Shown here piece by piece: positions 49,633 to 58,587 of a DNA stretch of 64,000 nt. Position numbers and translations under genes: made by a program. Positions within the stretch are counted from its first letter, which is position 1. Each line of letters opens with the position of its first letter. Origin of the DNA: Desulfovibrionaceae bacterium (GTDB lineage: Bacteria > Desulfobacterota > Desulfovibrionia > Desulfovibrionales > Desulfovibrionaceae); NCBI GenBank assembly GCA_015709315.1, contig JACCQI010000001.1:98435-162434 (forward strand). The letters run 5' to 3'. The notes beneath the pieces are model-generated. The model was not told the DNA's origin and did not search any database. It saw only the letters and a program-made list of their open reading frames with translations.

Positions 49633-50799
49633 GTGATTCGCAAAATATGGATCAATTGCAGCGAGGCGTCCGGCGACATGTGTGCGGGCGCTCTTGCCGG
49701 GGAGATTCGTCGGCAAAGCCCGGCCGTAGCGATAAGCGGCATGGGCGGACCGGCGCTTTCCGCTGCCGGGGCCGAGGTGCGGTTTCCCATGAGCCGCATC
49801 TGCTTTTCCGGCTTTCGCGACGTCCTTTTCGGCCTGCCGGGCGTATTCCGCTTGCAGAGGGAGATAGCCGGAGTCTGGGAAAAGGACCGCCCGGACGCGG
49901 TCGTGATGGTGGATTGCCCGGACTTCAATCTGCCGTTGGCAAAAACAGCACACTCGTTGGGAATCCCCGTATATTACTTCATTGCCCCGCAGTTCTGGGC
50001 GTGGAGGCAGCAAGGCATCAGGACCATGCGCGAATGCGTGAGCAGGATCTGTTGCGCGTTGCCGTTCGAGCCTCGATATTTCAGGAACCGTGGCTGTCGG
50101 GCGCAGTTCGTGGGGCACCCGCTTCTCGACATCATCCCCCTGCAATCCCTGGATGGATTGGCCCCGGACCCGTCTCGCATAGGCATCATGCCGGGAAGCC
50201 GGGGAAAAGAGATTTCCTTTTTGCTCCCGGTGTTCGCGGCGGCCGCAGCCAGGCTGTACCGGGACAATCCGTCGCTGACGTTCCATATCGCCCGCGCACC
50301 GGGCATCCAGCGGGACTTTCTTAAGAGGTTCTGGCCGGAAAACCTGCCTGCGGCCGTTGTGGAACCTGAGGGCAGGTATCGCATGATCAGGCAATCCTGC
50401 CTTATGCTGTCCGCTTCGGGCACGGCCACGCTCGAAACCGCGCTTATCGGAACGCCGACCATCGTCGCCTACAAGCTGGACCGGCCTGCGGCCTATATCG
50501 CGCGCAAACTGGCTTATTCCAAATTCATCAGCCTGACCAACATCCTGTTTCAACGGGAAGTGTTTCCCGAACTGCTGCAGGAACACGCCACGGCGGACAA
50601 TTGCTGCCGACAGGCGGCGGCATGGCTGCAACGCCCCGAAGCGCTCGGGCGGTTGCGAAACACGTTGCGGGAAGTGCGCGCCATCGCAGGTCCGCCTGGC
50701 GGCCTGAGGGGCGCGGCAAAGGCAATTCTGAGGCGGCCGGGTCCGGTGATGTCTCGCCCCTCGGCGGCCGGGGCAGGGTGGGAATTGCAGGAATCCTGA
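49633..50799 (+). CDS. lpxB: Lipid-A-disaccharide synthase
   Basis: GTG at 49633. IWINCSEASGD…DAVVMVDCPDFNLPLAK…PVYYFIAPQFWAWRQ…CALPFEPRYF…FVGHPLLD is collinear with E. coli LpxB as I remember it. The first 359 codons of track ORF 48556..50799 are a spurious extension. Confidence 0.85.
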   Translation: MIRKIWINCSEASGDMCAGALAGEIRRQSPAVAISGMGGPALSAAGAEVRFPMSRICFSGFRDVLFGLPGVFRLQREIAGVWEKDRPDAVVMVDCPDFNLPLAKTAHSLGIPVYYFIAPQFWAWRQQGIRTMRECVSRICCALPFEPRYFRNRGCRAQFVGHPLLDIIPLQSLDGLAPDPSRIGIMPGSRGKEISFLLPVFAAAAARLYRDNPSLTFHIARAPGIQRDFLKRFWPENLPAAVVEPEGRYRMIRQSCLMLSASGTATLETALIGTPTIVAYKLDRPAAYIARKLAYSKFISLTNILFQREVFPELLQEHATADNCCRQAAAWLQRPEALGRLRNTLREVRAIAGPPGGLRGAAKAILRRPGPVMSRPSAAGAGWELQES

Positions 50800-50868
50800 A
50801 GCCGTCATTTTCACAATGACGCCGACACCGGGCCGTGAAGGGAAAAGGCCCGGTCCCATGGCCTCGCC

Positions 50869-51567
50869 CTAGCGCGAATACCGTTCCTCCTTCCAGGGGT
50901 CGGCGGAGTTGCTGTAGCCGCGTTTTTCCCAGTATCCCCGTTCGTCCCGGGAGGCGATCTTCAGCCCGGTCACCCATTTGGCGCTCTTGTAGAAGTACCG
51001 ATCCGGGACCACGGCCCGCACGGGGCCGCCGTTGGCGTGGGGCAGGGGGGTGCCCGACAGGGTATGCCCCAGGAACACGTTTTCTTTCCGCGCCTCGTCA
51101 AGCGGGATGCTCGTGGTGTACCCGTGGGCCGCCTGGATGATGAGAAACCCCCTGTCCGGCGTGGGCCGCGCCCGCTCCAGCAGGGCGGAAACGGGCACGC
51201 CGCGCCAGGCGGAGTCGAGCAGGGTCCACCCGGTCACGCAGTGGACGTCGCAGACGATGTCCGTCTGCGGGAACTCCATGAGTTCCTTGAAGCCGATTTC
51301 GTACGGGTTTTCGATCTCCCCGTGGACCCGGAGCCGGAAATCCTCGGGGTCGGCCGGTCCGGGCCTGCCGCCCATGTTTTCGATTTCCTCGACCGCCGAC
51401 TGTCCCGGCGGGACCCTGGACCTTCCGTCCTTGCGAAGCTCCGTGGCCAGGTCCCGCTCCCGCGCTTCCGAAACCGTGGCGAACAGGCCGGGCAATCCGA
51501 TGGTGACCACGGTTCCGGCCGCGACGGCCAAAAAGGTGCGTCTGGACAACGTGCTGTCTTTATCCAT
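50869..51567 (-). CDS. Tat-exported sulfite-oxidase-family molybdopterin protein (YedY/MsrP-like catalytic subunit)
   Basis: Trimmed to the ATG at 51567 after GGAGGA. Twin-arginine signal [21 protein letters not shown]. Core motifs [22 protein letters not shown] and [12 protein letters not shown]. No MsrQ/YedZ-like partner gene is adjacent. Confidence 0.8.
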   Translation of the reverse strand: MDKDSTLSRRTFLAVAAGTVVTIGLPGLFATVSEARERDLATELRKDGRSRVPPGQSAVEEIENMGGRPGPADPEDFRLRVHGEIENPYEIGFKELMEFPQTDIVCDVHCVTGWTLLDSAWRGVPVSALLERARPTPDRGFLIIQAAHGYTTSIPLDEARKENVFLGHTLSGTPLPHANGGPVRAVVPDRYFYKSAKWVTGLKIASRDERGYWEKRGYSNSADPWKEERYSR

Positions 51568-51758
51568 GAGATATCCTCCATGAAGTCGGGGTCGCAGCCA
51601 TGGCCGCCGTCCGCCGATATTCGGCGGGCGGGGCGTGAACCGGCGAAAGCGCCACCTCTGCCGCAATATCCCAAAGAGCGGTCGGAAGCGCAAGTGCAAA
51701 CCATTATTATTTGCTTCGGGGCGCGATCCAACGGGACAGGGATTCGGGAGGCGCGCTG

Positions 51759-51787
51759 AAAAAAGGCCCCCTTCGAAGGGGGCCTTT
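51759..51787 (-). terminator. Strong rho-independent terminator after the octahaem cytochrome gene
   Basis: The minus strand reads AAAGGCCCCC ttcgaa GGGGGCC, followed by TTTTTT. Confidence 0.8.
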
Positions 51788-51816
51788 GCCAACAAGGGGG
51801 AGGTCGGCTTGGCGGC

Positions 51817-53178
51817 TTAGATCGGTCCGGTGCTCATGACTGTGGACAGGTCTTCTATCTTGCCGGTTTCCAGGCGTTTCTTGTAGATGGCCTCCATGTC
51901 CTTGTAGACCTGGAAGACCTGGAAGAACCCGTGCCAGTGCGAATAGTCCGGGCCGTTCATGGCCGTGCCCTGGCGGGCGCGGCGTCCGGTGTGATGCCAC
52001 AGGTAGTACATCAGTTCCTGGAAGCCGTCCTTCCACGGGTCCTTGCCGAGCAGGTTCTTTTCCTTGAGTTCCTTTTTCATGGCCACGGCCTTGTCCCAAT
52101 ACGTGTTGTACAGGGCGACCGCGCTGTCCAGCAATTCGCGCTGGTAGTTGGTGTGCAGGGAACTGTGGCAGTTCTTGCAGACCTGGCGCATGAGCCTGTC
52201 GCCCTTTTCGCCGTCGCCGCGCTCGTTTTTCCGCAGTTCGCTCCGCTTGTGCATCAGGTCCCACTTGAGGCGCTCGTTGACGTTGTGGGTGGTGGTCACG
52301 TCGCCGATGCCGGACATGTGGCAGACGGCGCAGGTGGGCGAATGGTAGTCGCCCGGTTCCCAGGTGTCCGGCGCGGCCTCGAAGTTCCACTTGTCGCCGT
52401 GGGCCAGGTATATCTGGCCGTGCTTGGATTCGTTGTAGATTTCAATGTTCGGGTGGTCCGGGCCGAGGTGGCAGGAGGCGCATGCCTCGGGCTTGCGGGC
52501 CTCGGCCACGGAGAACTGGTGGCGGGTGTGGCAGACCGTGCAGTTGCCGATGGAGCCGTCGGGATAACGGGTGCCCACGCCGCCCGGCCAGGTGGCGTTG
52601 ACGGGCTTGTTGTCCTTGCCCAGCTCCACCTGGCCGCCGTGGCAGGCCTGGCAACCCGCGGCGCGGGAGGCGTTGTTGACGGGAGAACCCTTTTCGACGC
52701 CGAGGAAACCGGCGCCCTCGTTCAAGTACATCAAGCTCTGCATGCCGTCGGATTCGAGGACCGGGACACCCGCCAGGCGGGCATGCCCGGATTTCAGGAA
52801 CTGCTCCGCTTCGCGCGGATGGCATTTGGAGCAGGTCTGGGAGGATATCATCGGGGACGTGTAGATGTCCGTCCCCTTGAGGCCCTCGCACTGGCTCGCC
52901 ATGGGGGAATCCTTTTCAACGACATGACAGTCGTAGCAGGAGACCGTGGCGTGCCCCATCTTGCCGTTTTTCCAATTCTCCACGATGCCGGGCGTATTCT
53001 TGGAATGGCATTCGATGCATTGCTTGGCCGCTTCCGTGTAACCCCGGTGGACGATCAGGACCTGCTTCTCCAACTCTATGCCGTGCGTTTTTTCGGCCGG
53101 CGTTTGGGCCGGTGCCGCAGCGGGCGAAAGAAGCCAGAAAAGTCCGGCCATCACAGCCAAAACACGTCTGTTCTTCAT
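51817..53178 (-). CDS. Periplasmic octahaem c-type cytochrome, hydroxylamine-oxidoreductase (HAO) family-like
   Basis: ATG at 53178, 5 nt after AAGGAG. It has a signal peptide and eight CxxCH motifs (CIECH, CYDCH, CSKCH, CQACH, CTVCH, CASCH, CAVCH, CKNCH). [22 protein letters not shown] resembles a conserved HAO-family segment as I recall it. Confidence 0.75.
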   Translation of the reverse strand: MKNRRVLAVMAGLFWLLSPAAAPAQTPAEKTHGIELEKQVLIVHRGYTEAAKQCIECHSKNTPGIVENWKNGKMGHATVSCYDCHVVEKDSPMASQCEGLKGTDIYTSPMISSQTCSKCHPREAEQFLKSGHARLAGVPVLESDGMQSLMYLNEGAGFLGVEKGSPVNNASRAAGCQACHGGQVELGKDNKPVNATWPGGVGTRYPDGSIGNCTVCHTRHQFSVAEARKPEACASCHLGPDHPNIEIYNESKHGQIYLAHGDKWNFEAAPDTWEPGDYHSPTCAVCHMSGIGDVTTTHNVNERLKWDLMHKRSELRKNERGDGEKGDRLMRQVCKNCHSSLHTNYQRELLDSAVALYNTYWDKAVAMKKELKEKNLLGKDPWKDGFQELMYYLWHHTGRRARQGTAMNGPDYSHWHGFFQVFQVYKDMEAIYKKRLETGKIEDLSTVMSTGPI

Positions 53179-53187
53179 CACAACTCC

Positions 53188-53766
53188 TTATTGGGGCTTG
53201 CCCTGGGCAAGCTCTTTTTTTCCGTAGTACCTGTTGATTTCCGTGACCATGTTCCTGTGGCCCACATGCTCATGGCAATCCACGCATCGCTTGTCGATTG
53301 TCCCCGTCATGTACTGCCGGTGCGCCATTATTCCCGAGGTCCGCATCCCCTGCGGCGTCAGATCCTGATGGCAGCTGCGACAGGCGTTGTCATAGGTGAA
53401 TTCGCGCCGGGAGCCGGTGCGTCCCACCCAGTCATAGGTCTCGGGATCAATGACCATGTTCAGTATGACGTCGCGGGTGCCCGTGTAGGCTTTGGCGGCG
53501 ACATACTCCGCGAAGCCTCCGTGGGGCAGGTGGCAGTCAACGCACTGCGCGACCACGCCCTTGGCGTTGGCGCCGCCGTGGGGCGCATTGCGCCATGCCG
53601 TCCTGAAGGGCTTCATGACGTGGCACGCCACGCAGAAGGTGTCGGTGTTGGTCACCTCGATCATGAATCCCGAAGCGAGAACGCAGATTGCGGTCAGGAA
53701 AACCCCGATGAGAATTCCCGGCCACCAGCGTTTGTTTCTCGGGGCCTGCTTGTTACTGGGAGTCAT
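53188..53766 (-). CDS. NapC/NirT/NrfH-family membrane-anchored tetrahaem quinol dehydrogenase
   Basis: An N-terminal transmembrane helix and four CxxCH motifs (CVACH, CVDCH, CRSCH, CVDCH). It ends 9 nt upstream of the octahaem gene start. Confidence 0.85.
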   Translation of the reverse strand: MTPSNKQAPRNKRWWPGILIGVFLTAICVLASGFMIEVTNTDTFCVACHVMKPFRTAWRNAPHGGANAKGVVAQCVDCHLPHGGFAEYVAAKAYTGTRDVILNMVIDPETYDWVGRTGSRREFTYDNACRSCHQDLTPQGMRTSGIMAHRQYMTGTIDKRCVDCHEHVGHRNMVTEINRYYGKKELAQGKPQ

Positions 53767-53889
53767 CCATACTTTCCTTCCTTACCGTTGAGTCTCGAAT
53801 GAAACGGTCCTCGAACCGCCGTTTCCAGCCGACCTTGTTTCCCTTGGACGCGAATCTCCGCCGAGGGATTTGCGGCGGATACAACAAAT

Positions 53890-53905
53890 TTCATGCCACC
53901 AGGAC
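53890..53905. repeat. 16-nt direct repeat, copy A (TTCATGCCACCAGGAC)
   Basis: Matches copy B at 15 of 16 positions. On the minus strand it reads GTCCTGGTGGCATGAA and contains a -24-like TGGCAT. Confidence 0.6.
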
Positions 53906-54013
53906 GGCACGAAGATTGAAGCTTTACAATGACGGCTGGTGGGCGGTAATCCCGAACTAGCGCTGATTATTGCAATATATGCAGTCCGGGGCTGTCTTGT
54001 TTGTATGACGGCG

Positions 54014-54029
54014 TTCATGCCGCCAGGAC
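54014..54029. repeat. 16-nt direct repeat, copy B (TTCATGCCGCCAGGAC)
   Basis: Lies 124 bp from copy A in the same divergent intergenic region. The minus strand reads CTGGCGGCATGAACGCC, which has GG-N10-GC spacing. Confidence 0.6.
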
Positions 54030-54072
54030 ACGATGTCCGCAATAGCTGACACTACGCGGCAGAGGATGCGAT

Positions 54073-56346
54073 ATGGATCGATTGAACAAGCACCTGTTGA
54101 GGACCCGGTTGAAGTGGCCCTTGATCTTCGGGCTGCTGTGGCTTGTGTCCCTCTCGGCCCTGGCCGCCTGGAGCGCCAAGTCCGAGCGGGGGCATTCGCT
54201 TGATTCCGCGGAACGCAAGGCCAAGATCCTTTTTGAACAGATGGTTCTCATGCGGTCCTGGAACAGCCGACATGTCGGGGTGTTCGTAAAGAGTTCCAAG
54301 GACTCTCCGCCTAATCCGCATCTGAAGCCGGAGGACCGTGTGCTCACGGCCGCCGACGGGACCCGGTACTCGCGCATCAACCCGGCCTACATGACCAGGC
54401 AGCTCGGAATCCTTTCCGAAAAGGCGGGCAATGTCGTCTTCCACATCGCCGGTTTGGAACCCATGAGCCTCAGCAACAAGCCGGACACCTGGGAAAAGGA
54501 AAGTTTGATCAGTTTTGAGCGCGGCGGCCAAGCGCGTTTTCAGTTGGTCGATACGCCCCAGGGCAAGCAGTTCAAATACATGGCCCCGCTGAAGGTGGAG
54601 GAGAAGTGCCTTGTCTGCCATACTTCGGCCGGAAACAGAAAAACGCTTGGCGGCATTTCCGTATCCTTTCCGGCGGAAGAGTCGATTGCCTCCTGCCGGG
54701 AGTCTGTGGCCCGCACGCACATAGCCTTTACGCTGATCGGGTTGGTCGGCCTGACCGGCATAGTGGGTTCTTCATATCAAATCTTGAAAAAGCGGGATGA
54801 GGCCCAGCGCGCCAACCTGGCGAAATCCATGTTCATCGCCAACATGAGCCACGACATGCGGACCCCGCTCACCGGCATCATGGGCATGGCCGAGCTGGTG
54901 GAGCGAGGCGGGCTGGACAAGGAGCGGAAGCAGTACATGCTGCGGGTCCGCCAGTCGGCCCAGACCCTGTTGGAGATTGTTGACGACATCACGGAATTTT
55001 CCCGCCTGGAGTCCGGACAGATGACGCTGGCATGCTCTCCATTCGACCTTCGGGCCGTTCTCGGCGACGTGTTGGACGTGTACGGTTTCGCCGCCTCGTC
55101 CAAAAACCTGGATTTGCGCCTGTCGGTTGCCGACGACGTCCCGCAATACCTGGTCGGCGATTCATTCCGCATCAAGCAGATCATCAGCAATCTCGTCGGG
55201 AACGCCGTGAAGTTCACGGAAAAGGGATCGGTCGGCATTCACGTCGCCCGTTGCTGTCCGCCGTCATGGGCAAAACAGGATGAGGTCTGCCTCGAGATCA
55301 AGGTGGCAGACACCGGCATCGGGATACCGGAGGCGGAGTTCGGCCGCATCTTTTACAGTTTCAACCAGATCGACAATTCCTATGCGAAACGGCATGTAGG
55401 CACGGGCCTGGGGCTGTCCATCTGCAAACGGTTGGCCGAAATGATGCACGGCGGCATCCGTGTCGAAAGCGTGCCGGGCAGCGGCTCCACCTTCACGCTT
55501 TCGTTGCGCCTGGCCGAGGCCGGGGAATCCCCGGCGCGCAAAGAGGGCCAATCGGCCGCCCCCGGTGCGGAAAGGAATGCGAAAACCATCCTTCTCGTCG
55601 AGGACAACGACCTCAACCAATGTTTTTTCATCAACGTGCTCCAGGACGCGGGGCACACCGTGGTCAGCGCCGCAAACAGCGTCGAAGCGGGCAGGCAATT
55701 GCGGGAGGGCGCGTTCGACCTGGTTCTCATGGATATCCAGATCCCCGGCGTGGACGGCCTGGAAATCAGCCGCCGCATCCGCGGGGGCGGGCTCGGCGCC
55801 GACACGGACATCCCCATTCTCGGGATCACCGCTTCGGTGGGACCCGACGTGGAGGAAAACTGCAGCCGGGCGGGCATGAACGGGTATTTGCCCAAGCCGT
55901 TGTCGGGCGAAGCGCTGCTTGAGTCGGTGGCGGCGTATACCGCCAACGCATCTCCGGGGTGCGAACCGGAGCAGGGAACGGATGTGGCTTCCGAGGAATC
56001 GGCGTTGATCGATCGGGACGCGGCGCTGCGCAACCTGGGCGGCAAAACCAAACTCTATGACCGGCTGCTGGACGCTTTTGTCGATGACGTGCCTGCCAAG
56101 ATCGCGGCATTGCGCCGGGCCGTCCGGGAAGAGAACCGTGACGAGGTGATCCGGCTTTCGCATGCGGTCAAGAACTCGGCCGCCCTGGTCCAGGCCAACC
56201 AACTCGCATGCCTGGCGCGGGAGATGGAGGAGCGGGCCGACGGCGAGGGCCTGGAGGCCGTCGGGGGATTGTTCGCGGGTATCGAGTCGAAGTGCGGGGA
56301 AACGGTTGCCCTGATCCGGGCCGAAAGAGGAGAACGCCGTGGGTAA
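54073..56346 (+). CDS. Hybrid sensor histidine kinase with a periplasmic haem-c (DUF3365-like) sensor domain, HisKA, HATPase_c, REC and HPt
   Basis: Two transmembrane segments flank a ~190-aa domain that ends in KYMAPLKVEEKCLVCHTS (a single CxxCH). H-box FIANMSHDMRTPL, G-boxes DTGIGI and GTGLGLSI, receiver ILLVEDN…DLVLMDIQIPGVDG, and a C-terminal HPt (SHAVKNSAA). Confidence 0.85.
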   Translation: MDRLNKHLLRTRLKWPLIFGLLWLVSLSALAAWSAKSERGHSLDSAERKAKILFEQMVLMRSWNSRHVGVFVKSSKDSPPNPHLKPEDRVLTAADGTRYSRINPAYMTRQLGILSEKAGNVVFHIAGLEPMSLSNKPDTWEKESLISFERGGQARFQLVDTPQGKQFKYMAPLKVEEKCLVCHTSAGNRKTLGGISVSFPAEESIASCRESVARTHIAFTLIGLVGLTGIVGSSYQILKKRDEAQRANLAKSMFIANMSHDMRTPLTGIMGMAELVERGGLDKERKQYMLRVRQSAQTLLEIVDDITEFSRLESGQMTLACSPFDLRAVLGDVLDVYGFAASSKNLDLRLSVADDVPQYLVGDSFRIKQIISNLVGNAVKFTEKGSVGIHVARCCPPSWAKQDEVCLEIKVADTGIGIPEAEFGRIFYSFNQIDNSYAKRHVGTGLGLSICKRLAEMMHGGIRVESVPGSGSTFTLSLRLAEAGESPARKEGQSAAPGAERNAKTILLVEDNDLNQCFFINVLQDAGHTVVSAANSVEAGRQLREGAFDLVLMDIQIPGVDGLEISRRIRGGGLGADTDIPILGITASVGPDVEENCSRAGMNGYLPKPLSGEALLESVAAYTANASPGCEPEQGTDVASEESALIDRDAALRNLGGKTKLYDRLLDAFVDDVPAKIAALRRAVREENRDEVIRLSHAVKNSAALVQANQLACLAREMEERADGEGLEAVGGLFAGIESKCGETVALIRAERGERRG

Positions 56347-57697
56347 AATATTATTGGTGGACGACGAACCGTTGCAGCACATGCTTTTTCAGGATGTGGC
56401 CGAGGACCAGGGACACGAATTCGTCGGCGTCCTCAGCCTCGGCGAGGGCAGGCGGATAGCGGAGAAGAATGCATTCGACATGGTCTTTCTGGATGTGCTT
56501 TTGCCGGACGGAAACGGCATTGAAAACGTGCAGACCTTCAAGCAAGGTCCCGGGTGCCCGGAGGTGGTCGTCATCACCAGCAAGGGCGATGTCACCGGGG
56601 CCGAGAAGGTGCTCAAGGACGGCGGCAACGCCTATCTGCAAAAGCCGCTGTCCATGGAGCGCATCGAGCAGTCCGTCAAGGAGATATTCCAGTTCCGCCA
56701 GAACAGCCACGCCCTGGGCGAAACCTCGATCTGCTGCGACAATATCCTGGGCGGCCCGCTCATCGATGTCTGCAAGCAGCAGGCCGCCAAGGCGGCCCGT
56801 TCCAATGTCTCGGTCGTGGTCTACGGAGAGACCGGAACGGGCAAGGAGTTGTTCGCGCGGGCCGTGCATGACCACAGCAGGCGGGCCAAGGGGCCGTTCA
56901 TCGCCCTGGATTGCGCCTCCCTTTCCCCGTCGCTTGTGGCTTCATTGCTTTTCGGCCATGTCCGCGGGGCCTTTACCGGGGCGGACCGCGACCGTCAGGG
57001 CGTGGTGGCCATGGCCAACCGCGGCACGCTCTTTCTGGATGAGATAGGCGAACTGCCCCCGGAGCAGCAGGTTTCCCTGCTTCGCGTCCTGGAGACCCGC
57101 CGCTTCAGGCCTGTCGGGGGCCAGCATGAACTGGAGAGCGATTTCCGGTTGGTGGCCGCCACCAACCGGAACCTGGAGAAAATGGTCGAGGAGGGGTCGT
57201 TCCGAAGCGATTTGCTCTACCGGCTCCAGGGCGTGACCATCAACCTTCCCCCGCTGCGCGACCGGATAGACGACGTCGCGCTTCTGGTGGAGCACCGGCT
57301 CCAGGATTTCGGGCGTGAAGCCAAGCCGTTCAGCGACGAGTGCATGGCGACGCTCAAGGCATACGACTGGCCCGGCAATGTCCGCGAATTGGTTCACACG
57401 GTGGACAGCGCCCTGGCCGCCGCCCAGGACAGCCCCGTGGTGTACGCGCGGCATCTGCCCGTGCGTCTCAGGATCAAGGCCACCCAGGCGCACCTCAGCG
57501 GTGATCAGGCCCGGCAGATCGATCCCGATTCCCCCTTTTTCCCGACGCTCAAGGAGTACCGGATGCAGACGGAAGGGGACTATGTCCGCAGATTGCTGGA
57601 GCACTCGGGCAACAATGTGAAGCGCGCCGCCGACACGGCGGGCATTTCGCGCGGATACCTGTATGAAATGATGAAGAAATTCGGCATATCCCGCTGA
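56339..57697 (+). CDS. Sigma-54-dependent response regulator (NtrC family)
   Basis: The GTG at 56339 overlaps the kinase gene by 8 nt. Receiver ILLVDDE…DMVFLDVLLPDGNG, Walker [15 protein letters not shown] loop and a C-terminal HTH. Confidence 0.9.
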   Translation: MGKILLVDDEPLQHMLFQDVAEDQGHEFVGVLSLGEGRRIAEKNAFDMVFLDVLLPDGNGIENVQTFKQGPGCPEVVVITSKGDVTGAEKVLKDGGNAYLQKPLSMERIEQSVKEIFQFRQNSHALGETSICCDNILGGPLIDVCKQQAAKAARSNVSVVVYGETGTGKELFARAVHDHSRRAKGPFIALDCASLSPSLVASLLFGHVRGAFTGADRDRQGVVAMANRGTLFLDEIGELPPEQQVSLLRVLETRRFRPVGGQHELESDFRLVAATNRNLEKMVEEGSFRSDLLYRLQGVTINLPPLRDRIDDVALLVEHRLQDFGREAKPFSDECMATLKAYDWPGNVRELVHTVDSALAAAQDSPVVYARHLPVRLRIKATQAHLSGDQARQIDPDSPFFPTLKEYRMQTEGDYVRRLLEHSGNNVKRAADTAGISRGYLYEMMKKFGISR

Positions 57698-57713
57698 CCG
57701 GGAGGCGGGAATC

Positions 57714-57749
57714 GGAAAGGGCCTGGACAGTGTTGTCCAGGCCCTTTCC
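57714..57749. terminator. Bidirectional terminator between the regulator gene and napH
   Basis: 16-bp perfect stem ggaaagggcctggaca / tgtccaggccctttcc with a 4-nt loop, followed by TTTTG. Confidence 0.8.
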
Positions 57750-57780
57750 TTTTGAGGGGTGTCGTAGGAGGTGAAAGTTC

Positions 57781-58587
57781 CTATTGACGTTTGGCAAAGC
57801 CTTGGGAAAGCGCGTGTCCGAAGTGGGCGCAACGCACGACGCAGTCGCCGCAGTTGGTGCATTCGGGGTGGATGGCCCGTTCCCGGGGGTCCAGCCCGTA
57901 GGGGCATGCCTGGGAGCAGGGGGAGGGCGACTGGTCCTTGCAGATGCAGCGGCCGGGATCGTAGACGACCCTGAACCGGTAGGGCAGGATTCTTCCGGCC
58001 AATTGCAGCAGCAGCGACTGAGGGCAGATGTACCGGCACCAGAAGCGCCTGCCGCCGCCCAGGTCGAGGCATGCGGCAAAGGGCAGCAGCCAGAATCCGG
58101 CGGGAATGACGCCATACAGCCACAGCATTTGCATGGTGCGGGTATACCAGCCGGGCAGGGAAAGCTGGTTCAGCAGCGGCGGAGCGCCGGTCAGCGCCAG
58201 CGCGCCCACCACGATCAGGGCAACGGTCCCCTTGATGTACCATGCCTTGGACGACGGGGTGGTGGTCCGCCGGGGGGGCAGTTTCCCCACAAGGTCCGCC
58301 ATCAGGCCGTATGGGCAGATCCAGCCGCAGAAAACGGGTCCCATGGCAACGGCCAGGGTGAGCACCAGCATCGCGCCCAGGGCCGGCGTAATCGCCATGT
58401 GGCCGGTGGAAACCCATACCTGGAGGGCGGCCAGCGGGTCGGCGAAGGGAATCTTCAGGAACTCGAAAGAGAGCAGGTTTCCGGTGACGAAACGGATGTC
58501 GTGCATGTTCAGCCACGGAATGGCGATAAACGAGAGGGCGACGGTCGCCTGGCAGATCCGGCGAACGATTTTCCGGTTGATGTGCAT
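57781..58587 (-). CDS. napH: NapH-type membrane quinol dehydrogenase subunit (polyferredoxin)
   Basis: Trimmed to the ATG at 58587, overlapping the napG stop (TAATG). It has four transmembrane segments, CGWICPYG and CRYICPQ motifs, and C-terminal Fe-S Cys clusters. Confidence 0.85.
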   Translation of the reverse strand: MHINRKIVRRICQATVALSFIAIPWLNMHDIRFVTGNLLSFEFLKIPFADPLAALQVWVSTGHMAITPALGAMLVLTLAVAMGPVFCGWICPYGLMADLVGKLPPRRTTTPSSKAWYIKGTVALIVVGALALTGAPPLLNQLSLPGWYTRTMQMLWLYGVIPAGFWLLPFAACLDLGGGRRFWCRYICPQSLLLQLAGRILPYRFRVVYDPGRCICKDQSPSPCSQACPYGLDPRERAIHPECTNCGDCVVRCAHFGHALSQGFAKRQ

